From: Psilocybe cubensis
Lineage: Eukaryota
Length of the DNA: 64,000 nucleotides
Assembly (NCBI GenBank): GCA_017499595.2
Contig: CM038999.1
Span: forward strand, 248,001 to 312,000
Reading direction: 5' to 3'
The translations under genes were made by a program, and so were the position numbers. Shown here piece after piece: positions 1 through 11,279 of the stretch. Each line of letters begins with the position of its first letter. The first letter of the stretch is position 1. The notes under the pieces are model-generated. The model ran no database searches. It saw only the letters and a program-made list of their open reading frames with translations, and was not told the origin of the DNA.

Positions 1-180
1 GCAAAGAAGACTGCGTTGTTATCGGTTTGATCAGGGGACAGAAGTTTGAGTGCAGCTTGGTGATGAACAATGGTATCGTCTATGTCCTCAATAGTCCCCA
101 AATGATTAGATCGCGCAACAAGCCCGTCTTCAAGGTTCATGAGCGCCGTGTTCCAGTCTGGATGTTCCGCAGAACAAGTG
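1..180 (-). pseudogene. Fragment of a TPR-like repeat of the kind found in fungal CHAT-domain proteins; runs off the window edge and may be degenerate
   Basis: Minus-strand translation EHPDWNTALMNLEDGLVARSNHLGTIEDIDDTIVHHQAALKLLSPDQTD resembles the 'HP...L.NL...L..R....G...D.D..I..H..AL.L.P' repeat. There is an in-frame stop just upstream. Confidence 0.4.
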
Positions 181-761
181 CGTTACGGTTCACCTTGGAT
201 ACTGAATATCGTGCAGTTTTTGATTTCAGGGGCGGCAATTTTTTACCGAACAGGACTCCGACTGAAAAATTGTGGCGCGTCGTCGAGAGTTCGGTTCTTG
301 CCCCTGCTGTTTCTAATGTTTCTAATTACCTCATATCTTCGCTATCGTTCCAAAGTTCCGTCTTGAGACAGCCTGACCAACACATACGCCCCATCTTTGT
401 TTACTTTACATGCCTACTCGCGGATTGGATTTTACAGGATACAGGATTTAGGAGTTGTATACAATAGGGTACACCAGCGATCTGCACTTCAGTTTCTTCT
501 TTATGACGATAATAAATAGATACCTACGGCTATACTCACTACCTTCCTAGTCTATTACTAAATCCAGATGAATCCGACATTGGTGACTGCAGTGGGCAGT
601 GCAACGTCGGCAGTTGCCGCTTGCCACCTGCGGTTCACACAGGCTTCACTGCCGCTGTCTTAAAGATAATAGAGCACTGCAATGTACAACCCCTGCCCAC
701 CTTTATACCTACCTTTGTCCTTGGCCCGAATTCTGCCCACCATTAACACACCGTCCTTACA

Positions 762-2762
762 ATGCTTACGCAAGCGCAGGATAGGCCCAACGGCGTATCT
801 TCAGGAGCAGGCATTAACGCATTCGAGGGTGCAGTCTTTGAGGACTCGGAGGGGAGCTTATTCGCCACCACAGCTGGGAGCGTGTTTATCTATGACCACA
901 ACTACGCACACGGCTTTTGTACGTTTTTCTTTGAAGCGAGTCGAGTCAAGTGTTTGACCTGACATTCCATTTATCAATGTCCATCTCTCAAGCACCAGTA
1001 CGCCTCAGAAATCAACTGGCACGCGACTCGGGAGGTATGCTGTGCAGGTACACGCACCCAGAGAACACTGTGCACAACCGTTCAGATCCAGGTTCCTCCA
1101 GCAGCCTCGTGCAGCAGCAGCAACAGTACCAGATGCATACCCCACGCGGCCCCATAACAGCGTTCAAGCAGGCGCACTTCCGAAATCATAAGGCTAGCAA
1201 GCAATTGGTGTCTGAGGGTGACATCTATATTGCTCACGCTCCCAATCGCGCGTGCTGTTCTGATGTTAAAGGAGGTGACCAGGTCGAGGGGGCGCTCGTG
1301 CAGACACATAAACAAGCAATAGAGGGATGGTCGGGGACACCACTTCTTGATATATCACCACATTCGTCTTCCCTCACGCATTCGCAGATGCAGATCCAAC
1401 CGTATTCCAATCCGTATCAGCATCAGTTTTTGCAGCCTGCGCAGGACATTGCAACAGAAAGCGGCCATGCCCAAAGTGCACCTTCGAATGTGCAGACAAC
1501 GTCGCATGTCCCCAACGGCCCCCATGGTCAGATCACGCCGTATTATGGCTCCTCTAATGTTCAGAGCACCGCATATGTCCAAAACACTGCTCATGGTCCG
1601 TGTATACCCCACACCCAAAGCACCTCTCACCACACTCCCCTACATGTGCAAAGCGCTTCCCACTCCCAAACCAACACCAACACCGACGCCAACACCGCCA
1701 ACACCAACCCCAGCAGCCCCAACAACAACACTAATACCAACATCGCCAACACGAACCCCAGCACCGACGTTGCAAATATGCGGCCTCCATCCCCTCCACC
1801 AACTCCATCTTCATCTCCGTCACCGTCGATGTCGATGTCGATATCCACGCCAAGGTCCAGGTCAGAACCTGCGATGCTCCGAGAATCGCTCAACAAGCAG
1901 TCTCTGAGCAATAAACGTACGTTACGTTTTAGCCATGTTAAGACGGTCGATATCGACTCAGGTTGTCTGACTGCTAATGTATTTTCGTTAGCCGATCGCG
2001 TGCTCTTTTCGCTGCACCGCAACGACAAGACGGCTGATCTGTACAAGATTGTGCAAGTCGAGATCCGGTATGTGTCCTTCCTCGTCACCTCATTCTTGTG
2101 AATGGTATTCTGGGTACTGGCTAATATACATATATTTCCAGATACGACAAAGATAATAATAACATCCCGTACAGTATTCTGTCCTTTCGCCTGCAGCGCG
2201 GAGACGATTCGGAGAAGCAGTGCACAGCGGTGCGGTTGAGAGGGAAATTCGTACACGATACGTGGCACTACCCCAAGTTGCAAATAAAGGTACGGCTCAA
2301 CGCCATAAGAACCTCCCAACATGCACAGACCTAAATTTCCCTTCTTTTTTCGGAACACAGAACATATGCTGCTCACCGGAGGACGGCCCCGCCTCGCTCG
2401 CGGAGATGGAGGTCCAAAAGACGTCGCAGACAACTGCAGAGGCCACACTTGGCCTCTCGGGACTCACGCCTTCGGTCAAGGGGCGCCTCAACCGCATGTC
2501 ATCTCAACAGACGACGGTGCTCGCCGGCCAACACGCCCGCGGGGAGGTCGCAAACGAGGAGAGTGAATTTGTTGTCAACCTCAGTGTCGACGCCGCGGCG
2601 GCGGCGGAGACTAAGGGTGCCGGGATGAGTGTTGTGGACCCCCTGATGTTTGCGCTCCTGCTGAGGCTGGGGGAGCATCGACAGCCAATGAAGCTTGAGC
2701 TCGAGCTCGAGGTAACATATCGCTCCAGGAGGGGTGCGTGGAAGACCCTGAACAAAACGTGA
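762..2762 (+). CDS. Multi-exon hypothetical protein, low complexity (Q/H/S/T/N/P-rich), with a short N-terminal F-x-G-x-x-F motif
   Basis: ORFs 762..962, 950..2101 and 2220..2762 can be joined at GT-AG introns (e.g. donor gtacgt near 918). No domain recognised; exon structure is approximate. Confidence 0.5.
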
Positions 2763-3840
2763 GCACATTCTTTGAGTGTCTGTACATGTTTAACTGCTGA
2801 TGGGATGGACAGGCATACGGAAGTATACATGGGACACGAACGGTTCGATATTCTCAAGGTCTGAGTGTCAGTAAACCCCTTCGAGACAGTAGGTCTGCAC
2901 CTCAAAACGTCTACATCTAAGGGGCAAAGTAGTCGCTGCTTACGAGTCGAGTGAACCTTCAAAATCCACTCCTTGGCTTGGATTTTGACCAGTCATGGAC
3001 ACCTCCAGACTATCCATGTCAATGTTTCTCGTGATGAGGCTTCGTCACTACATGTGAAGTTTTACAAGTATCTGGCAAAGCAAGTGATAACCAAAGCACC
3101 GTCTGATTTAGAGTGTGTATCCAAACGTAAGACTTACTAGGAACTGTTCATATAACCCCAAAAAAGTACACGAGACGCAACCGGCTGAACTTCTGAAGAC
3201 GTCGAATACAATCCTGCGGCCTGAGTCATGAGTGAAGGATCCAATTTCATAAATTTAAAAAATCCATGGACAAGGGCCAATTTGAAAGTTACACGAGCCA
3301 ATATTAATCCAATATCACGGCAGGCAGACGTTGCGGTATAGAATATTGTTGAAAAGTAGGTGTTTATCCTGCAGGACGCTGAGAAACGATTGATGTCGAT
3401 GATGGATGATGGAAAGAAGCGTTTGACATGCACACACTAAGTATATCCGTGGGAACATCATCGCCAGTGCCGCACGACTAGCGCGCGTAAGCTTTAGCCC
3501 GTCTGATACGATTTTCAAATCTGGAGGCAGTATCACTGGTACAAATCAGAGGTAATCGTAGTGTGAAGTATTCCAGTTATGATTGCTCGGATTTTAAGGT
3601 TTCTGTCAGAACAATTCAATTTTTATACCACTTTGCAAGTCCAATCATGGGCGTCTACATTAATTCGTATTATCGGACAAGAAAGTGAAATATGATCGAT
3701 GATCAGTGGTAAAGAACAATGTTGAGCTTTTTTACAACTGGAGTGATAACCATTGTATGTTGTAAAATCCCACAGGTAAAATGACTGTGATTTATCCGTG
3801 GCTCTTCCGTTTACGTTTGAGGTAAGAGCAAAACAAAACA

Positions 3841-3927
3841 TGACCCCCACCCGAGTTGAACGGATGACCTTGTGGAACTTCCATTCAATGGCTGGAATCA
3901 CACGCTCTACCACTGAGCTAGGGGGTC
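3841..3927 (-). tRNA. tRNA-Trp(CCA) with a ~15-nt intron
   Basis: Reverse complement folds as GACCCCC TA GCTC AGTGGTA GAGC G TGTGA TTCCAG [intron CCATTGAATGGAAGT] T CCACA AGGTC ATCCG TTCAACT CGGGT GGGGGTC A, followed by a T-rich terminator. Confidence 0.93.
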
Positions 3928-4205
3928 TTGCAACCGAAGTCTCTGTAACGCGCCTCCGCCGCAGCGCATTGGAAAGAGATAAGTACGCAAGGAAACACCA
4001 TAGAGAATGAAGAATGTAGGGTGCTAAGAGCTATCACAGTTTCCGAAATGCATGTATACAGATAACGTAAATAGGTTGATGGAAATAACTTGAGATATGG
4101 AAGAATTTTCAAAAGTCACTTGAACAGTGGGCCTACGGTGCTCTTAGTAAAAAAACCGGCAAGCATCTGTAGAAGACCGGATCGAAGCAATTGAGTAGGT
4201 TCAAA

Positions 4206-4841
4206 TTATTCGCGCCCAGAAAGTATAATGGCAAAGGTCGCAGTGACTAAGGATCCCAATGCAAAACTTATGAATGCCATTTCGAGGGACGAGACAGGGT
4301 AGTACCCATTCACGAGGCTCCTCTGAACCAAGAAGAACCGTCGAGTCCCTGCATAGAATATATTAAGCGGATTTACGACGGCTCGAGTGGTCAGATATAC
4401 CGATGAGAAGTACGATCAACCCAACACATATCAAAATCGTCCCGAGTGGTTCGGCGAAGGCCTTTGTGGTATGACCAAGTTGGAGAAACTGAACCAGCGC
4501 TAGTCTAATAATGAACATTATCAGTGATAAGCATAACTTCCGCACGTACCAACTCCAACAGAAGAAAGTGCCAGGCTTGTCCGCACATACGCCAGGTAGG
4601 TTCTCTCCGAAGCCAGATGATCTCTAGCGACGCTTCCAACGTTTAAGAGACGAAGGTTAACACCTGATACTAATTTCGAGAATTCATCAGAAGATGGTGT
4701 AGTTTCCCTATCTGTGGTTATGTTGCTGTGATTAAATAGAGGTTCTCCGCGTGAAGCGGTGGAGTGGTAAGATGGGGATGCACTGGGAGACCTCTGTCGA
4801 CTGCTGTACCGACTTTCTGAGTTAAAGGTACTATTTTTCAT
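4206..4841 (-). CDS. DUF202 (YidH-like) small membrane protein, 3 exons
   Basis: Motif NVGSVARDHLASERTYLAYVRTSLALSSVG followed by hydrophobic helices (ALVQFLQL, PLGTILICVGLIVLLIG, FISFALGSLVTATFAII). TAA at 4206-4208. Confidence 0.85.
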
Positions 4842-5285
4842 TGACAATAATTTGAAGCCAACCAGTAACAGGAACATACATGTTGCCAATGTCTGTTTGA
4901 ATTAATGAAGTTCTTTCATGTGGTGTATCCTGTTCGTTCGAATATTGATTATTCATAAGGTGCAGGGTTAATATGTGTTTCTGACGGATTCAAAAGACGT
5001 AAGTTGGTTGAGAAGATAAACTATTTTCCCAATGCAGGTTATAAAGTGGAAAAGAATGACAATCCATGGAAAGCATTATGGAGTGATAAACTGAGTGTCG
5101 CGCAATGGCGCATCAAATCGTCAAATCATGATGAAAAGACGCAATCGGTCTTTAATCGGCCGTAATAAATGAGTTGCACGTGCATGTATGTCAAGGTACT
5201 TACTTATCGGCGCCGAAATCCGGTGATAAGATAAGATTACATTGGAGGTTGACCATAAGTTTATTCTTTTCTTCGTTTACTGGTC

Positions 5286-5609
5286 CTACCTAGATTTTCT
5301 TAAAGATAATTTTACTGAAATTACATTCACGCAATAGCGTGCTCCAGATGTAAAACTAAGGAGCGCAATTACTGCTAGTGTTTTGTATTTTTTTAAAAAA
5401 AACATTAAGAACTCCTGTAAAGTACGTAGCGCGTTTTCTTCTCATTTGAAATCAAAAGCTCTTGTCTCACAGAAATCCTTTAATCTTGATAACTCATTTG
5501 TTTTTCATACATTAATAACGTCATTTATACATTGGTATGTCTCCTTTATAAGAAAACCACCCATAAATGAGCGTGCTAATAATGTGTTATACTGTCTAAT
5601 TCATTTCAT
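5286..5609 (-). other. AT-rich fragment open only in genetic code 4 (TGA=Trp); candidate NUMT, mitochondrial plasmid or mitovirus-derived insert
   Basis: 107-codon frame MKWIRQYNTLLARSFMGGFLIKETYQCINDVINVWKTNELSRLKDFCETRAFDFKWEEN... with three TGA, no TGG and no internal TAA/TAG. Confidence 0.4.
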
Positions 5610-8600
5610 TATAGTGTTGGCTATACAGTCCGGCTCGAGGCCGATCAAACTCGGACCTTGTTGAAGCCTTTATGTTTTGACTAACACATTAACACAAGCA
5701 CCAGTAGCGACGGGCCACACCACTTTAGTGCAACGCACTACAGCAGTCATGCTAGAGTATAACCAAGGATATCCATGAGGGGATGCAAATAAGTAAACCA
5801 ATACTGTCCTTCAACACCAAACAACGCAAATGAAAGGAAAGCTTTCTTCATGTCACACAAAAGGGTTGATATAAATCTCAATTGAACTAACTCTGAACCA
5901 GGGACTAATTTTCATTGAAAATGGATGAAATGTCATATGCTGTTGTCAGACGACTCTTTCTGAAGGTCATGGTATCAAAGAATATGGTTGAACGCACTCC
6001 GAAGTGGCGCTGTTTTCATGACCTCGGAGTCAATAGTAAAGGGCCGTTTACTATATTTTTAGACGCCAATATATTTGTGTGGTCAAACCCATAACTCGTT
6101 AACTGGGGTGAGATGGTCAGGGTAAATAAAGTCAAAAAAGGACATGCAAAGCGATATCAAAGCTGCGGCTGCGGCAATGCTTACAGGTTCAAATAATCTG
6201 GAAGAGTTGATGACTATACAACCAAGATAATATGTTGCAGTGGAAGAATCTATTCTCCAGTTGGTGCGTTAAGGGTGGCAGTTGTGCGACAACCTTTGCC
6301 AATTAGGCTCACAAAGAGCTCTATATAGCACATTGCGTAAGCATGACTCCTAAAAGTGTTATGTTGGCTTGTCAGAAGAGAGTGAAAGAAGGTTGATGTG
6401 ATGGTATTTCGGGAAAATATACATGAATCTCCCACTAAGTTTTTTTATGGAAAGGAAGTTGCGTATGCCTGCCAGACGTGGAAAATCGCTGTCATAGCTT
6501 TCCCTCTGTTTCCCTTCTCCACTCTGATTTTGAGTTGCATGTACTAAAAGCTCCGTGGAATTGGATGAGCAATGCTGCTTTGAGAAACTCGTGTGTACTC
6601 AGAGAATATTGGGTCGTAGGACGTGAAGAGAGCCCTGTAGTAACCGCAGTTTGGTTGCATGAGCGGGTGGGAAATATCAGGCAGCTTTCCTTCCACATAC
6701 GAAGATAAGTGATATCATTTCCTAGTCCATGGTTCACGTCTCAGATACGGTGGTCTTATCAGACTTCTGAGTTTCTTAAGCCTTAAGGTGATAAGCCAGT
6801 GACGAAATAATCCTTTACCACAGTAATCGGAATAACTGGATCTATTTTAGGGTTATATTACTCCATTATTATAATACCTGCATCCTTTCCACACCACACT
6901 GAACCAATGATTCTTGAACGCCACGTGGAAGAACTTACAGAAAGTTGTTCAAAACCGACCTCTTTCTCCCAGTTATCAACGTGGAGAAAGCAAGACTGCG
7001 CAAAGGAGAGAAAAAGCATCCCGAGTTGACTGATAAAGAGGCGGTAAAAATATCGTTGATCGGCGTTAGTAAAAGGTTGAGTTTGTAATGAAATGATTCG
7101 GCCCATTATTATACGTTTTGGCACCACGATGCTTCTGTGGTGAGTGATTTGAAAGGGGTATTTGATTTACGCTTCGTCATGACTTTGCTCATGAAGCATT
7201 TGTGCACAGACCATCCTGAGAAATAACTACTAGTCATGACATAGGATCCTCACTAGTTGAAAGTTGGCGACCATGTCAATTTCCATCTCGAAAATCAGAT
7301 GAATTTATCACCAAAGCCACCAACCTGCTCATCGTGCAAAGTCCAGAAGCCTATAAATTCTTTAGCGGTCACAGTAACCTGCCACGTTGTATGGATCAGC
7401 CACCGAAATATTGTCAAGAGAAAGTAGGACAAATTCAGATTATTTCGGCCACGCTTTCGACAGATTGGGACAAGAATAGGGGCAAGAATAAGGCCTGAAT
7501 AAGCAACCATTTCAAAGACGTGAGGGGCAAACTCGTCCACGTGGATACTCATCTAAAGGCCTTTGTGATCCAGATCTGAGAGTGAGTTGCCGGATATATC
7601 CGTATCAGACATACGCCACTCGTACGCCTCCATGCACCTCGTGTGTTCTAAATCTGTTTCTCTCGGCAATTGACGCCGCATGTCGAGGAAGTACAATTTC
7701 CAGGACTGGAACTTGGGAAGCCTGGATTGTCTTCAAAATATTTCGCCATCAGTCTGCTATTCTGCGGTGTGTGAATTTCGTTACCAATAGGGAACCTACA
7801 AAGAACGTCCGGTTCGAAGTAGAATCAAAGTTGGAGCCGTGGTGCACTAAAAATTCCTAAATTACAAAACATGCAGCATGGTAGAAATGATTATGTGTTG
7901 TAGAATGAGGATTCAGTGGTGCGATGATATAGGATTTTTTTTTATTATATCATAGAATGCACGACTCCTCTGATAAAGGGCAGTGGTGTCACAGGTGAGC
8001 TCATGGTATTTACCCTTCAATCGGGTACGGGAGGCCGTTTGAGCGCTGGGACATGCTCAGAACTGCGAACTCGTAATCCAATTCGTATTTCTGTTTTGCC
8101 AAGCAGGGATAGATTTTTCATATGATCGCTCCCTGCCACTGCTCCGTATGGTAGTTTCAGTGCTGTGCAGAGCAGCCAAGGGCAAGAAACGTCTTTGAAA
8201 GCTATTGGACGTAGTAAGCCAGGCCTGTACACATCAATCGTGCGTCCTACCATCAGTCAGTCAGACATTTATGCCATTGGGATACAGCGTAATACGTGTC
8301 AGGGTCTCGAGCGACCTGAACGCAGAGTAACAACTCCGCAACATGGAGTTTTGCCTTCAACCCACATGAAGCTGTACTAGACGGCTGTAGTACAGCTAAA
8401 AAATTAAGCACCCAATTCCTTGAAGGGAGTATTAGATGACGCACCTTTGTCCTTTCAGAGTCCGTGAATTCAAGCGCCGGTCGATGAAATTAGACGAGTT
8501 CAACTGGATTTACGGGCTCACGTAAGGTACGGCTGAGATAGACCAAATTGTTACATGTAGCTTTTGAACAGCTTGGGTTCCTTACTTACATACACCATCG

Positions 8601-11279
8601 GACGTCAAGCATTTAGGCTGCAAACCCACAAATGTAAGTTACTAGAAACCATGGATGCAGATCCATTACGTGCAGTAGTCACATTTCGTACGGTAGTTTA
8701 ACCGGACTGACCAATATCTGATTGTCTCAGACAGTCTTCGTGAGACTAGACTTGTGTTACGCTTTCAAGAAAGGATAAATAACCTGCGTGGATGGATTGA
8801 TTATCATCATTTTTGACAGCGCTTTAACATTCTCTAACAGTCTTTTTGCTTTCCAGAAGAATGTGGCTCCGCCTATGTCCGAGTCCATATCTGATAGCGT
8901 CTCTCCTTCATCACGCAGAACAATCATTGAAAGTTCCGTTAAGTCATTTATCCCCATCTTCGCTTTTGCGTAGCACGCCGCATAAGTGTAGAGTGGAATG
9001 AAAGAATCATATATATTGTGCCATGTCCGAGATTCATGGACGTCAATCACACAAAGGCGAACCTATCGTTGACATATCCAGCAACAGTCTTCCTTAGTGA
9101 GGGGGTAGAACAATGAACGGCCCTCTAGGCCGAAAGGGACCCCTCCGTGTTTAGGTTGCTACTCTCATGCTGCAATCTCCGTTACAGCCATTTGATCAAA
9201 TTCTGGACATCCTTTCAAAGATGCGATGCGAGAGGTCGGCGAAGGAGAGCAAAGAACATGTCAAGATGATACAGTTCCCCTCGAAAGGTTTAGAAACCCG
9301 TATACCTTTTCGGTGCACTACAATTGGACAAAGGGACACTACCGCCTGATATAGCAGCTTATTATTGAACTCCGACTGACTGTTGGTGGAGAAAAGAAAA
9401 CACAAGCTTGGACGGACGGAGCGGCGGAGATGTCCCAGGAAAACATCTCATGTGCGATGTTCCCGCAGAAACCAAACCCAATATGGATTGTATCAGGCTC
9501 GATATTTGCAGTGAACTCATTTTGGAGTAGGAATCCCATGAAAACGTATTTAACCATTACATATTATGTGTTGACGCCAACGCCGGATCCTAGCCAGTTC
9601 CACTATGACATAGAAGGAACCTCTATCAGAGTACATCAATTTGTGAATATGATCGAGTCATGAATGAGGTAAAGGGAAAAGATAGGCTGTCGTTTAAGTA
9701 CGCCTACGCTGTTCCCGATTTTTCTTGCTCAAAACTTGGTTGTGAATCTATTTCGATAGTGAGGACACAGGCCCAAGATTAGTGATAAAAATTCTCAGGT
9801 GGACCCTACTGATTGGCAAAAGATCATGAGGTAACGCTCAGGGGCGGACGCTAAATGGAAGGCTTTGGAATCAAACCAATCCTTTCTTGACTGGTCAAAA
9901 TAGAAGGCATTCTAATTCTAAATAGCACTAGCGTTCACCACAAATTAACAGTCAAACAACATCACTATGCACAAAGAGAAGGTAGAGTGAATGTATCGGT
10001 TTACAATACCATAATTTGTGGTCACGAATAGTTACCCATTATCTACAAATTCAAATGACACGGTAGTGACGCAGTAATCTCGGCGGGGACGTGATTTTAT
10101 TCGTGTGCAAACCATTTAAATGCCGGCAATAAGAAATTGGTACCCAAGAACGCAAGCGTTGCGATCTGATTTTTGTTCCCACAAATGCATGTAGCCTGAT
10201 AGCCTTACCCTTTGATCGGGATGCATCATACCATCAACGTGCGATATTTACCTCGAGACATATGAACAGATGTAGTATGGTTGCTGGCCTCTTGAATTTC
10301 GAAAGGCGGCCGCTCGTCTGGATTGCTCTGGCTATATATGTAATGCGCCGGGACAGTATGCTTCAACCTGGGCAGACGGGGGATAGAAAGGCATGGAAAT
10401 GCAGTGCTGGTAGGAACACAATGGGTCAGCCGATGTATTTGCGAAGAAAAGGAACATCTCGAAGATCCAGAGACTAAGAGACAGATAAAAGTTTACCCAG
10501 ACCAACTGTGGACATCTGGGTGAGAGACGTCTAAAATCAGGAGGTTCTGGAGAGTAAAAAGCCGAAAGGGGCCAGACTTGGCCAGCGACGACACCCATCC
10601 AATGGGGCCTGGGAGTTCAAACGATTGCCGATTGAATGCTAAAAATGGAGACGAGTACAACCCTTAGAGGGTCGATATATCAGAAAATTCCGGGGAGGTC
10701 GGGCAGAAGAGTATGGTGTAGGAAACAAAGCTGGGAAGGCAGAACGAGGACTGTTTCCTTGGGCACAGTTTTCGAGAGACAAAGGGGACAAAGGTGGAGG
10801 AGATCTGTTGAGAGGATCGCTCACGTGCGCCGCGACAGGTACCATCCATGGCACCGGTTCCGATCTCCGTGGGAACAGAAAAAAGAAAAATATGTGACAG
10901 TGACTGACAGACCCAAATGCGGACTGACACAGAATTGGATCACTACGAAAAAAAAAAGAGGAAAACGAAAAACAACATATCTTGACCTCCCTCCCCGACG
11001 ATTACCCGCTGTGATAGTCGGTGTTGTGGTCGCACTGCAACAGTTGAAGACTAAGATCGAACCAATACGGGGGGAGAAACGCAGATCACGGCGGGAAAAA
11101 GGAAAAAAAAAAAAAGAGATCCATATGATCTTCTGATCTTCTAATCAAGCAAGCGTTTCATAAGGTGCTCCAGTGGCGATTTAGCGTGGGCAGACTTGTT
11201 TCCCCCAACTCGCGTGGCTATAACATCCTTATTCCATCTTCCGTCTTTTCTTGAACCTTCTTTCCAACCACAACCTGTC

